From assembly GCA_904063045.1 (NCBI GenBank), contig CAJFCJ010000003.1, positions 434,001 through 498,000 of the forward strand: a stretch of 64,000 bases of DNA, read 5' to 3'. The notes beneath the pieces are model-generated. The model worked only from the letters and a program-made list of their open reading frames with translations, did no database searches and was not told the DNA's origin. The translations under genes were made by a program, and so were the position numbers. The DNA comes from Dimorphilus gyrociliatus. Lineage: Eukaryota; Animalia; Annelida. Positions 13,381-24,000 of this stretch are shown here, one piece after another; positions within the stretch are counted from its first letter, which is position 1, and every line of letters starts with the position of its first letter.

Positions 13381-14620
13381 ATGGAACTGGAAGAAATTGT
13401 AAAAATTAAACATATTTGGCCACATATTAACGCGGCAACCGAAATTGTTGAAACAACGAAATTTTCAACTACTCAAGCAAAGGTATTCAAGTACCAATGT
13501 TTTTTCCATTAATGAAATAAGAATTTTGAACAAAATTGTTCCATTTATTAATTCTCTTAACAATTTATAGTAATTTTTCTATATTTGTACGATTAAAGGA
13601 GGAAGATGGTTGTGAATATAAATCAAAAATAATATATCATTGCCCTTTTGAATCTTGTCGATATAATGTGAGAGAAATAGAAAATGGGTTCTTCTACGAA
13701 ACAGATCTTTTAATGGTTTGTTTGTTTAATTAAAAATTATTGATTGATTGATATCATTAATATTTGATGTATAGCATCTCAGGATGATACATTCTAAAGA
13801 GGATAAAAAACCAACAATATCGATTATGCAACAAAAAAGAGCTAGGGATGATACGAAGGAAGATTTACAATCGTGCAAGAAAAATATATCAACTCCGTCG
13901 TCTACTTTAACCGTTGGCTGTACAACTGCAATATTAGCGTCTCCTAATAGAAATATTTCAAAGAAAAAGCGTGGAAGGCCTGCAACGAAATCATCGAAAG
14001 AATTTAAAAGTTATTCTATTTTGCCTAAACCAGCCATTCAACTAGCACCAACAGCAAAGATCGATATGCCCTTGGGTATGAGGAAAAAGAGTACAAAAAG
14101 AAATATTACGATTGAAACAACAACAGCTTGTTCGCCTCTTTCACTTGAGCAGCTATTGGAAGCTTCCACTCAAACAAACGTTCCTTACCAAGCCTCAACG
14201 CAAACAAATACAACATTTCAAGATTCAAAGCAAACTAATACTGTTTGTACATCTATTCTCAATACATCTCAAACAACTCAAACACAATTACAAAAAGATT
14301 TCAATTCGAATTCCACGCAAACAGCCGATTTATTAAACGATCTGGTTAACGAAGATATATTTATCAATTATCTTGATACAGGCAGACGACAATCAAATTG
14401 CTCTGAGAAATACGTTCAAACAAGTACTAATAAAGGAACAATAGTACTAGGAGCACAAGAAACTGACACAAATGATTCGTTTCAATTAGAATTAGAAAGT
14501 TTGGTTTTCGAAGGTGGAAAGGAGGACTCTCTGAGGGAAATTGGAAATGCGAATAATGTGCAAGATATTGCGTTATCACCAATACCTCAGCATTTCTTTG
14601 ATGAATTTTTCACCAACTAA
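13381..14620 (+). CDS. ATMIN: ATMIN/ASCIZ-like protein: one C2H2 finger, AT-hook-like motif and multiple TQT (dynein light chain LC8-binding) motifs; exons 13381-13482, 13599-13715, 13775-14620
   Basis: Spliced finger YHCPFESCRYNVREIENGFFYETDLLM|HLRMIH resembles the second ASCIZ finger. Repeated ASTQTN, TTQTQ, STQTA, VQTS motifs and an acidic C-terminus. A possible upstream exon is indicated by the acceptor at 13357. Confidence 0.72.
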
Positions 14621-15390
14621 ATTTCATTGATATTAAACCAAAAACATTTAAATAAGAGGACAATAAAAGAAAGAGATGAAAGGGAGGGAGAAGATGACGG
14701 AGGAAGTTAATTTATATCTTTTTTGCAGTGTCATTTTTTTTTTGCAGTAAAACAGAATTTCTTTTTCTTTAATAATAAAAGAAAGAAGAGAAAAGATTAT
14801 TTTCTATTTCTCCTTCAATTATTATTTAAATTAAGTAAATTTTGTATCAATAAGTCTCTTATATACATAAAATATTATTAAATATATACATTAAATATTT
14901 GTATATTGACATACGAAGAATTATTCCCCTATATATAAAGTTGGTTATCTTACATGTGTATTTAGATTGGAATAACTGCAAATCGTAATTTTTGCTGCCT
15001 AATTTATTTTGTCTTTATTTCACTTTTTATTTATTGATAAAATTGGGCAATTGAAAAGAACTTTTGAATTGTTAGGTTATTGATATACTATATAATTTTA
15101 TTGTATTAATAGTAAAAGTTAAAAAAATTAACTTTATATGTGAATTTAATGGAATTGTCAATTGGTTGTCGAATGAGAAATTTTTTGAATTCTAGAAGCT
15201 CGAAAATTAAGTAGCCAGATTACGGAGTCCGTAATATATTGAGGGACAACAAAATTGCAATGGGTCAGAAACCATATATTTGCTTAAACAGATATCCTGC
15301 TCCTAAGCAGAATGTCGTACGTGAAACATTAAGAGTGAACTCGGAACTGGAATTGCGGAAGTAACCGGTAAACAACCGGTCGAATTAAAA

Positions 15391-18300
15391 ATGGCGGATT
15401 GCGTACAAGATAGAATCGATCACTATCAAAATGTAGAAAACACTATGGATCCGTCTAATTTAGATATAAACGACGATTTCGATCCGTTTCCGGATAAAAA
15501 TGAAACAACTGAAGATGAAGGTGATGGCTCGATAGCTCCTCCCATGAATTCGTAAGTCTATATTGATTCTTTTGTTTACATTGCGGAGTAATATTCCGAG
15601 TTCTAAGGGTTAGGGCTCAGGAAAACACCGGAAGTTCTTGATTACCTAACATTTTAATGTGTCCTAGTTGGTGAATTTGTTGAAAAGAGTAAAAAGTGTA
15701 AAGCAAAGATATTCTACTTATTTAAGAGTTTTAAAAATGTTAATTAGTTTCTTTGTTTAAATTAATTTATTAATGAAAAAAATTGAAAATTCTAGAGAAC
15801 AAAAAACTTAAAAATTTTAATTAAGTTTTCTTGTTAATTCAATCAATTAATAACGAACAGCTGGTACCATGGACGTCTCGAAAGACGATTGGCAGAAGAG
15901 AGATTAAGAACTGCCGGATGTTACGGCAGCTATCTAGTAAGAGAAAGCGACAGAAAGCCTGGCTCATACGTCCTCTCTTTCTTAGGCCGGACAGGAATTA
16001 ATCATTTCAGAGTGACAGCTTTGTGCGGGGATTACTATATCGGTGGCAGGGAGTTTTACAGTTTGGGTGACCTAATCGGTTATTATACTCATAGATCTGA
16101 TTTATTGAAGCAGGAAAGACTTACAAATCCTGCAGCACCACCAGAGGTAAGTTAAATCTCCATCTATTTTAGACTATAATCAAATATTTGCCAATCCTGT
16201 ACATACATAAGTAAAGAATTTTTTTTTGCGGGTGAATCATACCCTGAGAAGTCCACGCATAGACAATTTTTAATCAAAGTAAAAAGTAAAGAGTACAAAT
16301 ACATAGGAGCTTTGTATGACTATAGTCGTTATATATAAATATGTATTTGTTTTTATTTCCTATCTACAAACTGCACTGAATGGGAATTAATTAACTCTGT
16401 TTTTTTTTTCTCTCTCTCTCTCTCTCCTCTCCTTTCATCGTCGATTTTTAGCCAGTGAACGACCAAGTTAAAGTTGTTGCTATCTTGCCATATAATCAAA
16501 TACCAGAGACTGATGAATTAAGCTTTGAAAAAGGTGAAGTATTTTTGGTACACAACGATTTGGGAGACGGATGGTTGTGGGTAACATCCCAATCTACGGG
16601 CCTTAGCGGTATTGTAAATAAAGGATTAGTTCAGGAGATTGTAAGTGCTTATTTTATTTGTTACAATAGTAAATTGTGTAAATTGTTACAGTTTTTGCTA
16701 ATTTCTATTCAATATATTATCCATTTAGAAAGGACAATCAGATCCTATTGAATCTTTTGACTGGTTTCATCCCAATATATCTAAATCAAAGGCAGCTGAA
16801 AAATTAAAAGAATGTAAGTAATTTTCAATAGAAATCTACTTATTTTATTTAATTAATACCCTAATTAAATAATATATCTTGTATATAAATATATAACCCT
16901 ATTTACATACTTTTAAAAACAAACATTGATAGATAGTGAGAATAATAAGCTTATATCAGATTCCAGTTGGAAAATTAACCAAACAAAGCAAACTAAGCGT
17001 AAAACTTTATCAAATTATATCAGATATTTGTTTTTCTGGTTTGTTTTGCTTGTTATTGACATTTTTAACCTTTCGCCAAACTGGAAATGGATTGTAATCT
17101 TATTTATTATGGTCTTATAATTAAATTGTTAAGCTTCTGAGGAACAAAACAATATTAGTTTTCCACCATATTTCGCGCCATTTACAAAGGAATTAAAGGC
17201 CTGCATAAATAATGAAAATAAAAAATTTACTATTAAACATAATAATAACTAGGTCAATGAATAGTATAATGGTAGTATACACCAATACTATATAATAGTA
17301 CACTAAAAACTTATTCAAAGTAGGCTTAAAAATATAAGCTGGTATTAAGCATGTTAACTCTGAGTAAAGTATTGAGTAAAGTGTGTCAGCGATGTAAATT
17401 AATAATGACTTTAAATAATTAAAAGGTAATTTTTTTGGTTTCAGCTGGTTCTAATAGTTTTCTAGTCAGACCAAGTGAATCAAAAATTGGCCATTATTCT
17501 TTATTTTTCTACTGCAATCATACTGTTCAACGTTTTAGAATTGAAAAAATTAACGGAAAATATTACATGGGTGGACGCTATTTTGAATGGTAAGAGCTCC
17601 TTTAACTATTATTCTCTTCCCTTCCTCTCTTTTCTTAGCTTTCTATTCTTCACTCTCTCTCTCTCTCTCTCTCTTTCTTTTTCTCTTATATATATATACA
17701 TTTACTAACTTTACTTTTTTCTTTTGCTTTATTTTTTGCAAACAGCGTTTCTGATGTTATAGAACGTTATAAAAAAGAACAAATTCTTCTTGGACATTGT
17801 CTAGAGCACGCTGTTTTGCGGGTAAGTTGATAGGTCAAGATCTTTATATTTAAAAGCTTCTAATCCTACCTATTTTTCCCCCTCTCTTTCTCTCTCTCTC
17901 GACGCCTATGATTCCTTCTCTTCTTGTTCTTGCTCCCCTTATTCTCCTCTTCCCCTCTATCTTCGGCGCGAATAGACAAGAGACGAAGAAAGTGATAATC
18001 TATCACGATGTTCTTTTACAAGAAGTTCCGGTTCAAATTTCTTTTTGAATCGAAAGGACCACATTGTCATAAATGGCTACCTGCAGAAGAAGAGCGCTAA
18101 AGACTCGAAAAAATGGAAAACTTATTATTTTGTATTAAACGGAACTGAACGCCATTTGTATTTTTTTGAAAACGATAAGAGATCAAAGCCAAAAGGCCTA
18201 ATAGATGGCAACTACTCTAATTTGTATCCGGTTCACGAGAGCCTGTTTGGTAGACCAAATTGCTTTCAAATTATTCAAAAAAGTTTCAATCATCAGGCTG

Positions 18301-19682
18301 TTTTTTATTTATGCGCCGAAAGCTCGGATATTTGCCAGCAGTGGATCCTTTCCTTGAAGGCCTATTGCCAGAATACAGTAACAAGAATTTTGAAGAATAG
18401 TTCTGTTGTTGTACTTACACAGTTGCGTAGTTTGAATATTTCTATAAAAGACGCAAAGAAACTTGGACCGAAAACGCAGGCTTATTGCGTTCTTAATTTA
18501 AACGACGTTAAAGTTGCAAGAACTTCTGTAAAAGGGGGACCAGATGCTGTTTGGGATGAAGACTTCCTTATAGAAGACTTACCGAAAGATATAGAAAGTT
18601 TAACAATAAACGTCTATTGTAAGGGTAGAATGAAAGATTCTCTAATGTTTAGCGTTCACGAAAATCTATATAATTTAACATCAGTCGCTAAGCATGATTG
18701 GTACGACTCGTGTGATTGCGGTTCCATAAGACTTATTCTCACTTATCTCCAAGAAACTATTATGCCCTCAAAGGAATATAGCGCTATTAAGCAAATTATT
18801 TTGGAGTTTGAAAATGTGAAAATTCTCTCCGAACTAATGCAATCCGATACGGAACGAAAATCTTTTGCCAACGCCATTCTACAAGTTTTTAGGCAGGAGA
18901 AAAAGGAGGAGAAACTCTTAGAATACTTTACGAGCGATGTCATAAAGGCAGAACAGTACGTCACAACACTGTTCAGGGCCGATTCCATGGCAACGACGCT
19001 CATGTGTCAATATATGAAAATGACTGCCATGCAATTTGTAAAATCAGCCTTGACCAATACAATTGAAAAGGCCACTGACGGAAAAACCGACCAAGTCGAA
19101 CTGTTAAAAGAGACTCTTAACTCTATTTTTCAGACGGTTGAAAAGTGTCCTCCTGTTATCAGGTTTATTTGCTATAAAATGAGGCATAAAGCTGGTCAAA
19201 AATGGCCCGAAGACGATCGAGTTCGAACTTGTGTAGTTACAGCTTTTATTTTTTTAAGATTACTATGCCCCGCCCTTCATAATCCGAAGGCGTTCAATCT
19301 GGTCACAGAAGCACCTCATGCAGAAGCTAGGAATACTTTACTAGCCGTAACGAAGAGCCTACAAAAGTTATCTAATCTCAGTCAAAATGTTGATTCTCTA
19401 CCGTTCGGAGCATCGTTCGTAAGAAACAATCAGGAAACTATGAAGCAGTTGGCTGAGGCCATTTGTGTTAAGGAATTAGACAGGGAAAATGACAGAAACG
19501 TGTCAATAGACGTCGCCAGAAATCTAGCCAAAATACATCAATGTTGTTCCGCCAGATATGAACAATTAAAGGAGATGTCAAAAAATTCGGACGAGGTGAA
19601 AAAAATACTGATTGTAGTCGATATGCTGAATAAGCATAAGGATCATTATATAAATGAATGTAATAATTCTTATGCCCGGTGA
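15391..19682 (+). CDS. RASA1: Ras GTPase-activating protein 1 (p120GAP; SH2-SH3-SH2-PH-C2-RasGAP), 7 exons: 15391-15551, 15861-16146, 16452-16640, 16729-16813, 17445-17589, 17746-17821, 17976-19682
   Basis: WYHGRL..YLVRESDRKPGSYVLSF (SH2), LPYNQIPETDELSFEKGE (SH3), WFHPNISK..FLVRPSES (SH2), PH and C2 domains. The GAP domain has the arginine finger LFRADSMATTLM and FLRLLCPA. Confidence 0.96.
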
Positions 19683-20215
19683 ATTTTTGTTTGTTTTTGC
19701 TATGCAGCCGTGTGCCATTCAAAGAACAAAAAGTATTTTTCTGGATTTTTTATTATTCTTTGTCATTGTGATTCTTTTATTTTCTTTTTTTCATGTTTTT
19801 TCCTCTTTATTTGTGAAATTTAATACAGTAAGCATTCTTACTGATGGACTTATTTTCTTTCGTTCATTCCTCTTACCCAGCTCTTTCTGTCTGTCTGTCT
19901 GGCGGCTCTCTACCTCTCGCACAGACAGCACTACAGCTCTTTTATCAATTACATACTGGTACTCAACTATTAGTTAGTAAAGGCAGGCAAATACTCATTT
20001 CCTTCCCTTTACTCTTGCTAAGGTTGAAATGAGAAAAATTGACATTGAATTAGCCATCATCGTCAGTCTTTCAATGAACTGAATGGCTAAAAGATCTTGT
20101 TCGGTCTATATTTTCCCATTCTCAGAACTAAGCAAAGAGTAACTTGATACATGTATGCGTGTATGTACTTATATTACGTGTGTATGTGTGGGTGTGTATT
20201 TAGTTGTTTCGATTA

Positions 20216-20233
20216 TTCGGTAGATGGCGCCAC
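20216..20233 (+). promoter_or_regulatory. CTCF-like site (CGGTAGATGGCGCCAC) between the convergent RASA1 and neurexin 3' ends
   Basis: Matches the AG(A/G)TGGCGC core of the CTCF motif; the boundary position is suggestive only. Confidence 0.4.
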
Positions 20234-21041
20234 AAGTTTTGAAAATAAAAAACCAACTGTATAATGTTATCCGAAAACGTGAGGGAGAAAGGCACTTAAC
20301 AAGACACCCTATTGGGCTTGTTTTTAGGCTAAAAATGGAAATAAAAAATTTTCATATTGATTTAATCTGCAATTTATTCGTGGCCTTCGAATAAACAATA
20401 GTATTGGAGGAAATAGGACGGATAAATTAATCAGCGATCAAATAAAAAGGAAGGCGTTCAATTCTTGTCCGATATTAGAGAATAAAAAGAGATAAAGGGC
20501 AGGAAAATGGGTTAAGGGATGTTATGAAAGAGAGAAAAGAATAAAAGAGGATGTCAGGGAAGGAGGGAGAGAGAAAGAGAGACATATAGATATATGGATA
20601 TATAGAAATGGAAAACGATACAATAAAATGAATAGAATATAAGGAAAAAAAGGAAGCATATATACAGAAGTAATATTTATTACAATGAGATATACATTTG
20701 GACGTTGTATTGTCTATAACATGAAAAGTGTTCAACATATTCAAAAACAAAAAAATTCAGATGCATGAACGATCAGCGCTAATGGAGCTTCTCGTATAAA
20801 TCATTGGAATTTAAGTAAATGGGAAATAGACATAGACAAGCCTAGAGTAAATGTCTTGTTGTACTGTACATAGTATAATAGTATATAACATGTATATATA
20901 TATATATAAATTTATATATACTGTATATGTATAAATTTTATATATACAGTATATACTGTATAATTATTGCAGTTGGCAGTAAAATATTTCGTCCTATATA
21001 TGAGCAGCAGCAACATTAGCACCACACTTATTTGATAGTTT

Positions 21042-24000
21042 TTAGACGAACCATTCTTTAACATCTTTCTTACTTTTTGTGGCTGTTGGTGCGACTACAA
21101 CTTGAGCATTTGGAGCAGTGCTTAGAACTGCTGTCTCTGTCGGCGGAGGTTTTGTGGCCGCTTGTTGGTAGGCTATATAATTTTTACTTTCATCGACTTT
21201 ATATGAACCGTCGTCTCTCGCTCGGTACTTGTAAAGTACATAAGTAACGATGAGCAAAAGAACCAAGACACCGCATGCTACTCCTATAATTAGTCCGAGA
21301 TTTAAAGAAAACTTCCCCGTTGATATCTCATTAGGCGGAGGTTCGGATGCTGGGTTAACAGAAACTGTAGTTTTGCGATTAAAAGGTTCATCATCTGTCG
21401 GTTCAACTGATAATATAGATGGTTCGTCTGAAGTGCGTGAATTTGTTGCCAAGTCAATGCCTTCCTTAGTTGTTGTACTCTTCCTGACCGGTGATACAGT
21501 CTTTGAGGTTGTTCTTGTTCTCTTTGTCGTCGGCACTGTAGAGTATACTTTTCCTATTGTTGTTCTTTTAGATACCGGCATTGAGGTTGAACTAACGGTT
21601 GCTGTCGTTGTGTATTTTGGTCGGTTAGTCGACTTTATAGAGGCGCTGCCCTCGTAATCCTCATCATCCGTTTCAATTGTTTCTGTAAGCGTTTTTGGCG
21701 TCGAAACTGGTCTGCTACTTGGCAAATGAGGAATAATAAAGGAAAAATGTAAAATAAATGCAACGTTGCTTTTATCTATAATGCAATCTTCTCTTTTTCA
21801 TCTTACCTGCTAGGAATGACGACCTTGGTAATCGGTTTAGGGCGGAAGACGGGCGTTATAAGGGCGTCTCTGGGAGTGGGCGTAACATTCGAACAGTCGT
21901 CCTCATCATCGCTTTGACAGCCAGAACCAGCGCCAGCCCCGGATGTAATTAGTTCTTCGGAGGGACTAGAGCCGGACTGCAAAATAATTGCTTATATTAC
22001 GATTGCCATCAGCATTAATATAAACACTGCAATAATATTAACAGCAGCATCAGATATGAATATAATTACACCGAGGACTTATTGCTACGATTATTAGAAA
22101 TTTTTCTCGTCAATTTACTTCTACAATATGTTGTCGATAGACGGAGCAATAGGCAGAGACAAGCGATTGAGGCCTACTCCTTAAAAATAGAAGGAGGAGC
22201 AAAAAGTGAGGCTAACAAATGCGTACAACTGCAAAAATCGATATATTAAGTGCAGGTTATGGAATACGATTGACACTAATTATGTCTTGGAACAAATTCT
22301 CCCGCACGTAATTAGCTTTGCACCGTGTCTCCATTCAACTTATTGATCAAAAGTATCGCACAAGGGAGGAGATAGTACATATACCTGATAAATCAGGATA
22401 GGTTCCATTAAAGGAAACGCTAGAGGGCACCAAAAAGCAACGGCATGCAATTACTGATTAACATGGAGATGAGAAGATAGAGACGATTTTCTAATTGATA
22501 GTAAGCGATTAAAGATTTAACATCCTATATTTCTGTCAACCGTATTGGATTTATGCGGTAGTTCTTTCATTATGCAACTGCAAAATTATATACCCAACCT
22601 TAAGCTTATTGGGCCATAACTCTCGCAACAGAACTACAGAGGGCGCACAGTTATTATACTTAATTCCACCCCCTTTCTCCTCTCTTTCTAAGACGTATTA
22701 AAGAATGACAGATGAGTTACCACACGAGAACCTATACCTATATCGATTACAAAACTGTAAACTGATAGCACATATACATATTAGTATATAATTCTACATA
22801 TAAGCATCTATATCGGCTAAGCTAAAATAGGTGGCGCGCAAATAAACTAACATATTCTCTGTTCAATTCATCAATTAAATTAAGAATATAAGCCCGAACT
22901 GGCTTTTAATTGATTAAGGGGTCGAAAGAGCAAACGAAAACATTCGCTTTACAAACAAGAATAAACAAGACAACCGACATTTCTCCATACAAAAGCAGGA
23001 TCGAAGGAGAATGAGAAAACGATAGAGAGAGAAAACAAGGGTGAGAGGAGGATATTCATGACCAATAGGTGGCACTCGTCTTTAAACGATGCTATGTTAC
23101 TCACGGAAAATAATAAGCAAGGAGATTGTTTCAATAGTAGAATATAGAAAATTATGAGATAGGATGAAAAGATATTCATAATTCGTTCATAATTTTCTCC
23201 TTCCGTAAGGCTACGAGTCAATCTTTTTATCCAAGGAGCGTTACTCGAGTGACGGCAGGCAAAGTGACGCTTTTTTTTCTAAATGCAACGCCACCAAGTG
23301 GTGAAGATTGGTATTGCTTGGCCTAATGCATATGGCTTTTTCGATTTTAGCATTTAATGTCACGAAAGGGTCGGATTTCCAGTTTTTCTAGATTTGTCCT
23401 TGAAAAGCAAAAAAAGGTAGCCAAGGGAAAAAACGTGCATAAAAAAATTGGAGCAACGTTGGCTGACGAAGGAGTAATTCATAGTTCCCAAAAAAAGACG
23501 ATCTGTACGTGGAGAGGGAGTGAAACAATCCATATTCTCGGCGTGAAACGGATTTTCTATTTCACGCCTGGAAAATTCAGTGGCAAACAAATTTCTTTCT
23601 TTGTACTTAAAAAGTGACGCAGCTCTTTTTGGGTCGGGCGTAAAACAAAGTCCAATTATTGAAATCAATAAATAAATAATTGAACATAATTCCATAAGTT
23701 CCCAATGTGTCTTCTAGTTTGTCGAAGAACGTGCGTAAGTGTTTGTAGTTGCTATTACCACTTTGCCCTTTTCATTTCATCTCTAATACTGTTTGTAAAT
23801 AATGAATGAGGATACCTACAACCTATAACATGAAATATTTAAAAAGCCTTCAAGTTTTAAACTCTCAATAGACTGGCTAATAATGCTCGCAATAGTCATT
23901 CAACAGCCACCCCTCCCTGAAAAGTGGAAAATATGATGCAAATTTTCCGCCCATTCAACACGACAAACCGCAAACGTGACAAGCACGGATAAATAGTTCG

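Noticed and set aside
18743-19722. Antisense ORFs in RASA1, and similar ones in neurexin (21250-21657), UBE2Q, SDE2 and DNPH1
   Set aside because: Shadow frames of real coding exons.
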